Part shown: in pieces, positions 14,067-28,146 of the stretch
Layout of the letters: the number at the start of each line of letters is the position of its first letter
Numbering within the stretch: the first letter of the stretch is position 1
Assembly (NCBI GenBank): GCA_964016885.1
Contig: OZ024741.1
Coordinates: 132,246,001-132,310,000 of the forward strand
Direction: 5' to 3'
Length of the DNA: 64,000 nt
Origin: Eledone cirrhosa
Lineage: Eukaryota
Notes under the pieces: model-generated
The model's input: only the letters and a program-made list of their open reading frames with translations
What the model was told of the DNA's origin: nothing
Databases searched by the model: none
Translations under genes and position numbers: made by a program

Positions 14067-14299
14067 GAGCGAGAGAGGAGGGGAGAATGAGAGAATGGGG
14101 AAGAAAGAGAGAGAAAGATAATAAATACAAGCCAAAATCAGGGTGGAATTTTCGGGAGACAATAGTGATACTAAACTATAGACAAAACTAGGCCAACACA
14201 TGTCTACTTCTCCACAATGATAAAGCTGACAGTCACAAGATGACATCAGTGGTATATAATACAGAAGTAGAACAGGGTATATAATGGTGATGATAACAC

Positions 14300-14560
14300 G
14301 GATGAAGAGGAGGAAAAGGATGGAGATGAGGAGGATGAAGATAAGGACAAGGATAATAATAATATAGTAATGGTGCTTTTGATTATGATGCTAATGATGG
14401 TAAGGATGATAGTGTTATTGATGATGATGGCGACGATGAGGAGGAGGAGGATGAAGAAGAAGTGGAGGAGGAGGAGAATGTGGAGGAGGAGGTGGGGGGG
14501 ATGATGAAGACGACGGCGACGTGGTGGTGTGGGTAGTGGTGATAATTATGATAAATAAGG
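14300..14560. repeat. Low-complexity trinucleotide mosaic (GAT/GAG/GGT/AAT)
   Basis: Direct observation. Confidence 0.85.
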
Positions 14561-15232
14561 GTAACAATGTTGATTGAAATAGTAAATATAATGGCAATGA
14601 TAAGGATGTTAATATTTCCGCCGAACTGTTCCCCCTCCTTCACATATATTCATACAGTCCGATAAAAACACACATACATCCGAGCTCCCACGCATGTGCG
14701 CACACGCACTCACGCACACACACGCATGGTTTATATATGTATACTAGACCACCCGTGACCCGTTGGGTCACGTTCACTTAAAAATATCTTTTTTAAATCA
14801 TCTTCATTTAAAAATAGTTTTTAAATAGTTAGAATATACACAGACATGTATATAATGTAAAATAAAAATGGAAGGCCCATATATATATATATATATAAAC
14901 GGAAAAAATGAAACGAAATTTCATTTCCCACTCTTAGTACGGCTGTTACTTAAATATAAGTATCTATACGTACATACATATATGTATACAGACGTACAGT
15001 AGTATGTATATATATATATACATACATGCACACATATATATATGTACGTATGGATTCACCGAACATTTATTATAACATTTATTATAACATTTATTATAAC
15101 ATTTTTTCCGTTTATCGTTTTCGGTACCCCGGCCGATTAACTCACTCGATATGCAAATTAGGCTGCTCAGCCGTTAATATGCATAAGGAAAGTTTATACT
15201 TCCAGACGTTCAGCCATCTGGCAGGAAGGTAT

Positions 15233-15275
15233 ACGTTGATGACGATAGCTAATAAGCTGGAAACTAGTACAGCGT
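15233..15275 (+). ncRNA. Hammerhead ribozyme, tandem unit 1 (core C3 mutated to A)
   Basis: ACGTTG-ATGACGA-TAGCT AATA AGCTG-GAAA-CTAG-TA-CAGCGT. Confidence 0.7.
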
Positions 15276-15665
15276 TCCTTTGTCAGTGTTGAACAAATGA
15301 GCAACGATGGTTGCTAGACACTGTACGGCTTATTTCGGGATGTTTGTTTACAAACACACCGAGCATTATAATAAATGTTCGGTGAATCCATACGTACATA
15401 TATATATATATGTGTGCATGTATGTATATATATATACATACTACTGTACGTCTGTATACATATATGTATGTACGTATACATACTTATATTTAAGTAACAG
15501 CCGTACTAAGAGTGAGAAATGAAATTTCGTTTAATTTTTTCCGTTTATCGTTTTCGGTACCTCGGCCGATTAACTCACTCGATATGCAAATTAGGCTGCT
15601 CAGCCGTTAATATGCATAAGGAAAGTTTATACTTTCAGACGTTCAACCATCTGGCAGGAAGGCAT

Positions 15666-15708
15666 ACGTTGCTGACGATAGCTAATATGCTTGAAACTAG
15701 TACAGCGT
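15666..15708 (+). ncRNA. Hammerhead ribozyme, tandem unit 2
   Basis: ACGTTG-CTGACGA-TAGC..GCTT-GAAA-CTAG-TA-CAGCGT, 433 nt after unit 1. Confidence 0.8.
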
Positions 15709-15911
15709 TCTTTTGTCAGTGTTGAACAAATGAGCAACGGTGGTTGCTAGACACTGTACGGCTTAATTCGGGATGTTTGTTTACAAACACACCGAGCATT
15801 ATAATAAATGTTCGGTGAATCCATACGTACATATACATATGTGTGCATGTATGTATATATATATACATACTACTGTACGTCTGTATACATATATGTATGT
15901 ACGTATACATA

Positions 15912-15947
<36 letters not shown>

Positions 15948-16350
15948 TGTGTATGTGTGCGTGTAATTTCATTCAACATCACCACCAGCTCTCACTCTCT
16001 CTCTCTCAATCTACTCTCTCACAACCACTATCTCTTTAGCTTTCTCTCAATCTTTCTCCCTCTCTAATTATGAAGGTACCCGGAAAAAAAACCCGTACCC
16101 CGAGAACCCATGCTCCGATTTACGCGAACCTGTTTTATTCCATTTGAATTCCCATTTCAGGAGCAACTACATCGTGCACCGTTTGGCTGTATTAAATTAC
16201 AGACAAGCACACAATCACAGTAATATATATATATAGTAATATATATATATAAAGGAACGATCGACGTTCGTCAAATCGGACCGAGGGAACAATGTTTCTG
16301 TTGGTCTTTCCAATTGCTAATACTATCTATCGGTCGCAACTCCAGGTAGA

Positions 16351-16472
16351 AGGAGCAACGTGAAATAAAGTGTCTTGCTCAAGGACATAACGCGTCGCCT
16401 GGTCCAGGAATCGAACTCACAACCTTACGATTGCGAATCCAATTCTCTAACCACTCAGCCACACGCCTTCAC
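16351..16472 (-). mobile_element. SINE family 2, 5' part
   Basis: Same tRNA-like head and gtccttgagcaagacactttatttcacgttgctcc. Confidence 0.82.
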
Positions 16473-17022
<550 letters not shown>

Positions 17023-17168
17023 AATTTTACCTTATTCATGTTTGCGTGTGTCCACTCTGGTAGTAAGAATCTATCTCACATCATTGAGTGTATGGTATAC
17101 TTCTAATAGTTGGGATTGTGTCTATGCCTTGCAGTTGTAAATTCGATGTGTGTGTGTGTGTGTGGGGG

Positions 17169-17236
<68 letters not shown>

Positions 17237-17617
17237 ATATATATTTATTTACATATTTAGATATTTAGAGGTAGTATGAAATTCTATAGAGGGGTGACAA
17301 TATTTTTATCGATATTTTTTTTAACAATTGTACACGGCACACATGAATCGAAAAATACCATGTTAGAAAGCTTAAATGCTTTTATTGTACCAATTTTTAT
17401 GCATTCCTTTCTAACAAAGTACAAGGTGTGCACCCATCTCTGTTTTTAACCAATTCAATTTTTTTTTTTATATATTAATACTTTACGAGCTGGATTCTAT
17501 TTGATCATATTACTAATCGATCAGGGTTTTCCAGGTGCTAAACCATAACAAGTGTTTATTACGTGTCTAAACTATAATAAAGGAAGGTCTGCGGGACTGC
17601 GTACGGTTTATTTGAAT

Positions 17618-17737
17618 AAATAATTCTTTCTACTTTTGGCACAAGGCCAGCAAATTACCCAGTACATTACTGGTACTTTATTTTATCGACCCCGTAAGGA
17701 TGAAAGACAAAGTTAACCTCGGCGGGATTTGAACTCA
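17618..17737 (-). mobile_element. SINE family 1, 5'-truncated
   Basis: B-box, core and 3' end. Confidence 0.82.
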
Positions 17738-18512
17738 TAATGAATGAATATTACATAGTTTATCTACTAAATTTCGTAAACAAATATAATTTCGTAAAAA
17801 TAAATAATTTAAAATTGACTTCTTTTCAAAGTTGCACTTTCGGTATATCGTTGCCACCACCACCACCACTTCAACTACCATATATATAGAAAGAGAGAGT
17901 GTTTGATGTCAACACTTCCGGTGGCGATCACTTAAATAAACATACTAATTTTCTGTCACTAATTTTCTCCTAATGCAGTTTATATATAATATCGTCTTTT
18001 TTTAAATGTATCATGGATTACGTTACTGATTACATAAGACAGTGTAACAACGTCTTCGTTCAATTTCTGTTTATACTGTCAATTACGATTTTATTTGATG
18101 TATCATATCTACATGTATATATACTTGCGTATAATATCAATATACACACTACACATGCTAGCAGAAAACGACCCGAAGGGTGGTTTTTATGCTAGTTACC
18201 CTAATGGATAACAGAAGCACATCATATTATACTGCACAACACTCTGTAATGCCCATTAACCTTTAAAACACCGAACTACAGTTGTATACTCAAGTCAACG
18301 TGGAAGCCTGCTGGAAATAGTAACTAAACTCTTTTACATTTTTCCATCTTAAAAAATAGGACACATTCTGTAAAATAAGACAGGATGGTCACGACTGGAA
18401 TACCTTTGGTCGAACCTCAACTTAATCAGGTCTGATATAGAATTAAACAATAACTACATATTTTCTATACTACTGCACATCATTACATTATATGATATAG
18501 GATGTATAATAT

Positions 18513-18605
18513 ATACAAGGTATCCCCCAAAAATGTATACACACTTTTATTAGAATGTTATTGACGTGTGTATACATTTTTTGTTGGGGGGGGGGGCACC
18601 CTGTA
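18513..18605. mobile_element. Tc1/mariner-type MITE
   Basis: TIRs tacaaggtatccccc..aaaatgtatacac / gtgtatacattttt..ggggcaccctgta in a TA context. Confidence 0.6.
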
Positions 18606-18691
18606 TATATAGACTTACATACATACATACAAACATACATACATTCATACGTACACACACATATATATGTAAGTGAGTGTGTGTATTAGTA

Positions 18692-18731
<40 letters not shown>

Positions 18732-19631
18732 ATAAGCGAAGTTACACAAACATTATTTTCACCGTCTACCTGGCCATATGTGTGGCTATACAACAACAAC
18801 AACAACAACAACATATTGTAATGAGTCTCTTAGGATCAAGAAGTAATGTCCTAACACCCCGATGATGGTGTTGATCAAAAGCATTCCATGATCAAAGGCA
18901 TGAAAACAGCTAGGATTATTTAATCGTTTTATGGATATCTAGGACGATATTATGTAATGCCTCCTTTCTGAGTTAAGATAGTGTAGTGTGGGGTTAGTTT
19001 GAGGGAGATTTGACCGCTATTTCTGGTTACATTCATTAGCGTTAACCATGGTAGACTGTGCCGGGAAAAACATGTTCATGGATCATGACTGGAGTGCTTT
19101 TGATCATGTGTCTGTTCGAGCACCGGCTGACCAAGGGTCAAAGAAAATACAAACAGCAGCACTAATAAAAACAATAACATCATCATTATCAACGACAACT
19201 AAAACAACAACAACTACTGCTACAATAAGAACAGCAACCACCACAACCACCACTACAGCAGCATAACTAACCTGATATCCAATGCAGCAGAAAGCTGGTA
19301 GCCATTCCAAAAGAATCAAGCAAGGCTTGTAGTATACGGATGCGAGCAACAGTTTGAAATGTTCAGCGTATCCATCACATTACACTTTAGCTTATCATTA
19401 GCTTATCAAGCAGCCGGATGGGGTATGGCGAAAAAGAAAGAAAGTAGCCGTAGTAAACGAAAGAGAGAGGAGGAAGAGATAAGGAGGGATAGAAGAGAAA
19501 GGGAGAGAGTGAGAGAGAAAGAGAAAGAGAGAGAGAGAAGTATAATAATGACGACCTATTTCTGGTCTCGTCATAGCCTATTGGGTGAGAATCGGAGCGC
19601 TGGAAACCGGGTCGATTAGGTTGATGGAGAA

Positions 19632-19673
<42 letters not shown>

Positions 19674-19694
19674 GTACATATGTGTATGTATACA

Positions 19695-19766
<72 letters not shown>

Positions 19767-19800
19767 TGTCTGTGTCTGTGTTTGTGTGTATTTATATATC

Positions 19801-19845
<45 letters not shown>

Positions 19846-20138
19846 CTTCTTGGTTGACTTATTTGTGTATGGCTAAAATATGGAGGAGCGTTTGTTTTTT
19901 AAGGTGCCAAGGTTAAATAAACCGATGAGGTCAGCCACCTGAGGCCTGTCATAAGATTCATGGATACGACCAACTGTGAATTATCTTCCTCTTTTACCCA
20001 CAGTTACTGTGGAACAGTAGCGATTTCCTCGCTTCATAATTATTCTGATATAGAGGTCACTGAGGGCTTTCAGTGGGAGAAGTTTTGATATGGGATGGTA
20101 AAAGCCCATGATATGCAGGCTGCTTTAATCTCGAGTTA

Positions 20139-20191
<53 letters not shown>

Positions 20192-20231
20192 TACAAATAT
20201 TAATAAAATAGATGTTCTTTTGATCAATTAC

Positions 20232-20284
20232 ATTTTATTATACATATTTCGGATGTACAACAGTACGTCCTCATCAGACAAAAT
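20232..20284 (-). ncRNA. Hammerhead ribozyme
   Basis: CTGATGA-GGACGTAC TGTT GTACATCC-GAAA-TATG-TA, in a short element (about 20186-20342) between (TA)n tracts. Confidence 0.7.
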
Positions 20285-20339
20285 ATAATGATACATGACA
20301 TACCCTCAGATGTTAAATGGTTAAGATTTAATCAAGGTA

Positions 20340-20421
<82 letters not shown>

Positions 20422-20545
20422 GTAAGAGGTGAGTTTTATTGTAGAACAATAAAGCAATGCAGATATCAGATAAGTAGCACTCAACAGTTTATTGGACTGG
20501 AGTATATATAAGAAGAAATTAAAAGATGGTTAAAAAAGTTCCATG

Positions 20546-20729
20546 TATTTTATTATGCGCATTTCAAAACAAATATCATCCTGGGATGATATTTCCGTTC
20601 TCATCAGATAAAATAGGGAGACATGATATGATGCATGATATGATGCATGATATATCCCTATGTTATCTGATGAATACGCAAATATCATCCCAGGATGATA
20701 TTTGTTTTTGAAATGCGCATAATAAAATA
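20546..20729. ncRNA. Head-to-head hammerhead pair (20546-20615 minus, 20659-20729 plus)
   Basis: CTGATGA-long stem II (CAAATATCATC/GATGATATTTG)-GAAA-TGCGCA-TA; same family as 7415-7485. Confidence 0.8.
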
Positions 20730-20789
20730 CATGGAACTTTTTAACCATCTTTTAATTTCTTCTTATATATACTCCAGTCCAATAAACTT

Positions 20790-20849
<60 letters not shown>

Positions 20850-20946
20850 GTGGTGGAACACTGGAAGGTAATATCCGTAGTGGTAGAGCACGCAGTCCAT
20901 GGGACGAGTTAGGTAGAAGTGGTTACACAACAGTTAGTTCACCATA

Positions 20947-20986
20947 CCGAGAACAATTGTTTCACCTTAGCGGATCTTCAGCTCGG
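20947..20986 (-). ncRNA. Hammerhead ribozyme in the 3' UTR of the second PLE
   Basis: CCGAG-CTGAAGA-T CC GCTAA GG T-GAAA-C AATT G-TT-CTCGG. Confidence 0.82.
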
Positions 20987-21148
20987 AATGTGCATGGTTA
21001 TAGGAACAGGAAGGACAGCCGTACGAACGCGCATGCGCAAGAACCCGGTCACTTCACACAGGCAATACTAGACTGCGTGCGAGAGGTGTAAGGGAGAAAA
21101 CTGCGAAAGTCCGAAAAGTTTTTAGGTTGAAAATAAAATTACAAAGAA

Positions 21149-22457
21149 TCAGTCCGGTGCCTTGTATTTATGCAATAGGTGTTTGGCGACGTGTGGACAA
21201 TGTGTGAAAAATTCACTACTTGTGTTTAGGCAATCACTATTGCCTAATCTCTTTAGAATAGTTATTCGTTCGTCAATACATAAGCCATACGTCGGATTTC
21301 CCCTTGCGTATGGCTTGGACTTAGTGATGATTTTCCATTGAATGGAGTAGTCTATACTTGAGTCCTTGAGGGACCATACGTGGCTTGCGAGTTTCGTGGA
21401 TGAACGTCTGTCCGGGTATCTGAAGGTAGACTGGTGGTTCAGGAAACGTTCCTTGAATCGGCCCTCCGCCATGCCCACATAGGATTTGAACTCCTGTGGT
21501 TCGTTTGGTCGGTTGGAAGTGACCACAGCTTCATAGATTACAGCTGGTGTGTTGCATTGCTGTTGAAGGGGGAAAGCTTCAGGCTTACAGCAAGAGAACC
21601 CTGGTGGGGTGTTGTTCCTAGGGCTGCTGGTGATGTGGGCCTTCATGTTCTTAGCGCAGGTGTATCCTAGTTTAACTTTGTGTCGGTTAAAGATGGAGCG
21701 GTATTTATGACCTATGGGGAAGTGTCTATCTAAGAGGGCTAGACATTTTTTTCCTACATTGGTTTTAACGTTGAGTGAGAAGGGAGGAGAGAACCAGATA
21801 GTTTTTCTATTGTTGCGCTTACGTTTCTTAATGGTGTTGTTGCTAGTGGGAGAGTAAGTGATAGGTTGTGAGAAGCCGCTGTTAGCCAACGCCGTGTTAT
21901 AGTAGGGTGCCGTCCTGTCAAATATAGCCTTATTAGAGGAGAGGTTTGAGATTCTAGTACTGATATTCTTAACGAAGTTTCTAAAAACAGTGGGAGGATG
22001 GCATGAGTCCTTGTGAATGTAGTTCTCGTTTAGCTTATGGAAGGGTCTGTGGGTGTGTGTGCGAAGGTCTAAATTAATGTCTAAAAAATCTACGCTAGAG
22101 AGGTTGGTGGCTACTGTTATCCTAAGACCTAACTCATTGAAAGTAGAAGCTAAGTCTTTTTTTAAACCGGTCGAGGTCGTGACCACTTTTATGGCTCGAT
22201 AAAGTCAGTCCATCGTCACGGTGTATTCCCGTGTGGAAGTCCGGGAATCTAACACGTAATATATCTAAGATAAAAAGGCCAACCAAGTCACATACGTCAG
22301 CACTGTCAAACGATCCCATGCAGACGTTGAACAGGTCTGAAGATGTAGACTTCTTTCCCCAGGCTACTCCGTCGTTGAAGAGGAGGGTTTTCCGGCAGTG
22401 AGCGATGATTTCCCTGTCTAAACCATCGACGGTGGTATAAGTGGTAGCGAAGTCCAA
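21149..22457 (-). pseudogene. PLE RT/GIY-YIG pseudogene (ORFs 22134-22457 and 21149-22186 joined by a frameshift; homology continues upstream to about 23050)
   Basis: The RT catalytic motif HRDD is in the 107-aa ORF; the thumb and GIY-YIG are in the 345-aa ORF; several conserved Cys appear decayed (FSCCKPEAFPL). Confidence 0.85.
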
Positions 22458-23054
22458 CGCTGAGATCGACGGGTAAAAATCGACAATGTCAAACTGCGTG
22501 AACTTCGCTTTTTGGGATTTTAAGGAGTTAAACCACTTAATTACGGAGTCGCTGTTCTCAACTGGGACAGGTTGGACTTGGTCCTAATGGTCTTAACTAT
22601 GTTTCTAAGTATGGCCTTACTGACTAGTCCCATATCTGTGCGTGTCGGGTTTATTAGTCTACATGTAGGGTTTGAAGTAAAGTCTACCTTGTGATCTTTC
22701 AGGGTGAGGAACGCCTCCCGCTTAGCTAGAGATTGTAGCTTCTTATCTACCTTAAGGTCGGTGGCTTCTGTATTAATGTCGTGTAGGCCATAGGGTTAGC
22801 TTTCTTATATTTAGAAGTAATAGCGTTATGGGCCAGGTGGCGGAAAGTGGTGTTGTCGACTTCGTAAATATTAGTTTTCTTAATATCGTTTCTGAGTTTC
22901 GTTTGAAAGGTGTTAGTGTGTTTGAGAAAGGAAATGTTAGCGACTAAGTCAAGAAGGTCCGTCTCGAAAGGAGCAAGTTCAGTTACCTTCGGAGGGAAGG
23001 CTCTCGATTTCAGGTTGAAGATGTTGTTGGTGCCTGTAATTTTGCCGTCGAAAG

Positions 23055-23093
<39 letters not shown>

Positions 23094-23097
<4 letters not shown>

Positions 23098-23330
23098 TAA
23101 AATGGCGAGATGTGTGGTTGCAATTAAGTATTCTCATTTCGTTGCTTCGCCCTTCGTGTCTGTTTACATTTTTTTCTCTTTCCCTCCCTTTTTTTATCCC
23201 AATAACTATTTTAGTTATTGTTCGCCCTAGGCTGAGGTATCTTGTCTCAACGCGAAGAAATACCTATGTTTCGTAGCAGACAACTGACGATGGATATTGC
23301 CCTCTTTCGCCCGTAACTTTTATTTTGATT
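23094..23330 (+). repeat. Diverged repeat family (also about 41476-41695 and 54650-54860)
   Basis: Shared aata(a/g)ct..tttagttattg..gcga(a/t)gaaatacc..CTGA(C/T)GA.gga; abuts (TA)n. Confidence 0.6.
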
Positions 23331-23537
23331 ATATATATATATATATATATATAACAGAGGAAATGTGGTAAGGAACCAGGTGGACCTTAACGCACCAAAG
23401 TACTCAATACTTAGGGTAGTAGAGTGGTTAATAGGAACGAGTAGGACCCCGACGGCTGAGCTCAAGCCGTTTCGACGGCTAATTCTGGAATTAGCCGTCG
23501 AAACGGCTTGAGCTCAGCCGTCGGGGTCCTACTCGTT

Positions 23538-23887
<350 letters not shown>

Positions 23888-24070
23888 AAGTATGAATTCC
23901 TACGTGTAAAAAATACATATAGGGAAACAAGTATTATCCAACCGTATGCCAATGTGGTTCTATGGCGGGTTAATAAATTAACAAGCCAGAACATATAAAG
24001 TCAAGGTCTAGCAAATAGAGAAAAAGTTTTAAAATAAATTTTACAAAATTCGGCTGTACTTACTATATGT

Positions 24071-24152
24071 GCCTTTACCGCGGTTTCAAGCTCCAGAATA
24101 AACGGAAAATCCAAGCGGACTTCCATTGAGAAGGGAGCTATCTTCAGAAGGC
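24071..24152 (-). ncRNA. Hammerhead ribozyme (antisense arm)
   Basis: GCCTT-CTGAAGA-T AGCTCC..GGAGCT T-GAAA-C CGCG G-TA-AAGGC. Confidence 0.85.
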
Positions 24153-24532
24153 TCTTAAAATCTATTTTAAAACTTTTTCTTTATTTGCTAGACCTTGATT
24201 TTATATGTTCTGGCTTGTTAATTTATTAACCCACCATAGAACCACATTGGCATACGGTTGGATAATACTTGTTTCACTATATGTATTTTTTACACGTAGG
24301 AATTCATACTTCATTATTATTGATCTCCCCCTAAGGTAGAGATAAAACTTGGCCGTTTGGACTGCTGCTATTTCTAGTGGCAGGACATTGACCTGTCCAC
24401 CCTGCCTTTTGTCTTTGCACACGGCACCAGACAGAATTATTTCTTTCATCATTCGCTCTCATTTGGGAATGGTTTTGTATGGCGTTGTTTGTGATTTGAA
24501 CTCGGGAATTTTATATTCTCCGAGGGAGAAGA

Positions 24533-24614
24533 GCCTTCTGAAGATAGCTCCCTTCTCAATGGAAGTCCTCTTAGATTTTCCGTTTATTCTGGAGCTTGAA
24601 ACTGCAGTAAAGGC
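24533..24614 (+). ncRNA. Hammerhead ribozyme (sense arm)
   Basis: GCCTT-CTGAAGA-T AGCTCC..GGAGCT T-GAAA-C TGCA G-TA-AAGGC. Confidence 0.85.
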
Positions 24615-24687
24615 ACATATAGTAAGTACAGCGAATTTGTTTTAATTTATTTTAAAACTGTTTCCCTATTTGCTAGACCTTGATTAT

Positions 24688-24789
<102 letters not shown>

Positions 24790-24818
24790 AGAATATTTTT
24801 CTTACTCGAAAATATTAT

Positions 24819-24889
<71 letters not shown>

Positions 24890-24938
24890 ATATATATGTA
24901 AGAATATTTTTCTTACTCGAAAATATTCTTACATATAT

Positions 24939-25039
<101 letters not shown>

Positions 25040-25249
25040 GTTAAAGTGTACATCTATATATGTATACGGAAGTATTAGTATGCATATAAATACACATATG
25101 TATACATATGTACATGTACCGAGCTTTTCACTAGACACTTTACAGTGAGTGTCCAGCTAGTCTGTATGTAAACAGACGAACCGGGTTTTAAAGTCATACG
25201 AGTTTTCAAGGAAACACATTTCCTATATTCTCCAGAGAGCCAGACAGGA

Positions 25250-25292
25250 ACATTGGACTAGTTTCGATGTTATTACATCTCATCAGCAATAT
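25250..25292 (-). ncRNA. Hammerhead ribozyme (antisense arm)
   Basis: Reverse complement of 25576-25618. Confidence 0.88.
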
Positions 25293-25575
25293 ATACCTAT
25301 CTTTCCGGCTTCTCTGGAGAATTGTAAAAGCACATATCGTTATATGCTTTTTCTATGAAAATCAGTTATGGGCAGACTAATTTGCATAGAACGTGAGTCA
25401 TTGTACGCACCGGTTCAGCGGAAACGATAAAAACGAATAACGAAACGAAATTAAATTTCGCGTACAATGACTCACGTTCTATGCAAATTAGTCTGCCCAC
25501 TACTGATTTTCATAGAAAAAGCATATAACGATATGTGCTTTTACAATTCTCCAGAGAAGCCGGAAAGATAGGTAT

Positions 25576-25618
25576 ATATTGCTGATGAGATGTAATAACA
25601 TCGAAACTAGTCCAATGT
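25576..25618 (+). ncRNA. Hammerhead ribozyme (sense arm)
   Basis: ATATTG-CTGATGA-GATGT AATA ACATC-GAAA-CTAG-TC-CAATGT. Confidence 0.88.
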
Positions 25619-26084
25619 TCCTGTCTGGCTCTCTGGAGAATAGAGGAAATGTGTTTCCTTGAAAACTCGTATGACTTTAAAACCCGGTTCGTCTGTTTAC
25701 ATACAGACTAGCTGGACACTCACTGTAAAGTGTCTAGTGAAAAGCTCGATACATGTACATATGTATACATATGTGTATTTATATGCATACTAATACTTCC
25801 GTATACATATATAGATGTACACTTTAACTTAATTGTTTAAGCGTCAGTCATACAAAAGTGAGTTAGAAGCGAAACGAAATTTAATTTCGTTTCGTTATTC
25901 GTTTTTATATATATATATATGTAAGAATATTTTCGAGTAAGAATATTTTCGAAACAGCGAGCGGGTTTGAAATTATTAGAAATGTAAGCTATCGCCGCAT
26001 TCTGACTAAAGAAATTAAAGAAATTATATAGCCTAATAGTGGGGTTAAGAACCCTCGGAGAAACGGAAAAAGATGAGTATTGAC

Positions 26085-26164
<80 letters not shown>

Positions 26165-26166
<2 letters not shown>

Positions 26167-26470
26167 CGTTTCTGAATTTGTTTAGCAAGATTCTTTATCT
26201 GAAAACGTGTGTTGAAACCGATATTGTTATACTTTGGGAGGGTGATGTTGCTAATAAGAAACACACGCACCAGTTGCTTTCACTTCAATTTATTATAATA
26301 AATTTATAAATTTAGGAATTTATAAATTTCCGGTTGGTTGGTTGGTTCCACAACCAGATGGTTGTTTATATATTGTCAAAGTTCTTTCGTCACACATTCT
26401 GTGACCTCTTCAGTGACTGGGGATTCTTTTCTTTGTTTTTGTGCCTCTCCTTTGTTCTGTCCTTGTTTCT
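26165..26470 (-). mobile_element. Solo 3' pseudo-LTR of the 8235-10209 PLE family
   Basis: Near-identical to 8235-8540, same terminus (tttcgtttctgaatttg) abutting (TA)n. Confidence 0.88.
26375..26417 (-). ncRNA. Hammerhead ribozyme in solo pseudo-LTR
   Basis: GTCA-CTGAAGA-G-GTCACA GAATG TGTGAC-GAAA-GAAC-TT-TGAC. Confidence 0.7.
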
Positions 26471-27062
26471 TATATATATATATATATTTATATATATTAT
26501 ATATATATTATATATATATATTTATATATACATATTTTATATATATATAAAATAGTGTCAATGGAAATTCAATCTTCTTTCATCAAATAATTGTTTCTAC
26601 TATCAAATAATTGTTTTTAATCTCTTACAGATATTTCGAATGAAATCTGACCTCAAATTATTCAAATTTTGTTGTAAAAAACATCTTACATCTTCAACTA
26701 TAGAATAGATATGATTTTCGAATCACACTTCACCCTCTTCAGAGAGAAAAGTCAATATAAAGCATCGAGTTATTCCCTTCTCTGAAAAGATGGCAATTAC
26801 TTTCTATAAGTCTATTTCTTTACTTTGTTTTGAGAATTGATAATATAGTTCTACCTTTTACACACATATATATATATATACATATACGTTCAGAAATACC
26901 TGTCGAAACGGCCGATGTCTCAGTCGTAGGGGTCCTGACTCTTTTCCTATGTATATATATAAATGAAATTGACTTGTAAATAGCTGGTCATTCCATAGTT
27001 ACGTGCAGCAGTAACTAAGTTCTCTGAGAGATATCAGTCTTGTCATACAATGTGACAAGACT

Positions 27063-27134
<72 letters not shown>

Positions 27135-27136
27135 TC

Positions 27137-27182
<46 letters not shown>

Positions 27183-27186
27183 TCTC

Positions 27187-27262
<76 letters not shown>

Positions 27263-27332
27263 AATATATATATATACAATGTGTTACAAGGCTGCCATAT
27301 ATATATATTTAATATAGAAATGGCTGACACAA

Positions 27333-27637
27333 AGTGCGTTCAAAAATAATTCGACTTTATTTTTCCCCACCGAAACTAATGCCGCGTAAGCAAAATCCTT
27401 TGGTGCAATATCTCTGCTCGATGCGTTCAGTCATCTTGCATGATAACAAAATCCGACGAGTGCTCACAACACGCCTGAATTCTCGGGGTAACTTCCGGGA
27501 ACTGACGCGGCCTACTGGCGCGGAAATTTTCGCGGATACGCAGGAATGGTGGCATTACCTCTCAACCAAAGGACTTTGCCCACGGGGCATTAGTGGGTGG
27601 GGGAAAATATAGTCGCATACTTTTTGAACGCACCACG

Positions 27638-27639
<2 letters not shown>
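27333..27639. mobile_element. Mariner-type MITE with imperfect TIRs of about 70 bp
   Basis: gtgcgttcaaaaa..ttttccccacc..ctaatgcc..gcaaa.tcctttggt and its inverse at 27565-27632. Confidence 0.7.
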
Positions 27640-27687
<48 letters not shown>

Positions 27688-27721
27688 CGTGTGTGTGGTG
27701 TGTGTGTGCGTGCGTGTGTTT

Positions 27722-27786
<65 letters not shown>

Positions 27787-27804
27787 CATATATATATATA
27801 TATA

Positions 27805-28025
27805 TTGCATTATCGGTAGAGTGTCAGACACTACGCTTTGCGGCATAGAGTTATGACCCTTTACGTTCTGAGATCAAATCCCGCCGAGGTTGACTTTGCC
27901 TTTCATCCTTAAGGGGTCGATAAAATAAAGTACCAGTCACGCACTGGGGTCAATTTCATCGACTTTTCCCTCCCCCCAAAATTGCTGGCCTTGTGCCTAT
28001 ATAAGAAACCATTATTATTATTATT
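27805..28025 (+). mobile_element. SINE family 1
   Basis: Core plus (TTA)n tail. Confidence 0.86.
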
Positions 28026-28146
28026 AAATCCAATAATAAAGAACCCATTATTAAATTCAATACTACAACTCAAGCGAACTCAACTTACTTAATTTGCAGT
28101 GTTTCAACGAAAAAAAGTGTGTGTGTATGTACGAGTACAACTCACT

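Larger units (their letters stand above)
14897..15914. mobile_element. Retrozyme-like element: inverted partial unit plus about two tandem 433-bp HHR-bearing units
   Basis: 14897-15075 is the reverse complement of about 15365-15546; 15101-15533 repeats from 15534. Confidence 0.85.
20849..23055 (-). mobile_element. Second Penelope-like element (probably Naiad-like), frameshifted, with a hammerhead in its 3' UTR
   Basis: Broken ORF pieces read CRLINP, FDIVDFYPSIS, MGSFDSADVCDLVG, GIHRDDGL, DFLDINL, HPP, WFSPPFS, VIYEA, YVGMAEGRFKERF.NH and CLNT..E...C.H; bounded by (TA)n. Confidence 0.88.

Noticed and set aside
14383-14643. Ser/His/Pro-rich ORFs
   Set aside because: Low-complexity trinucleotide mosaic.
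21149-21620. Selenocysteine (UGA) recoding, as known for some Naiad PLEs
   Set aside because: The decayed linker Cys positions are TTC codons and the ORF has no in-frame TGA; no SECIS could be identified by eye.
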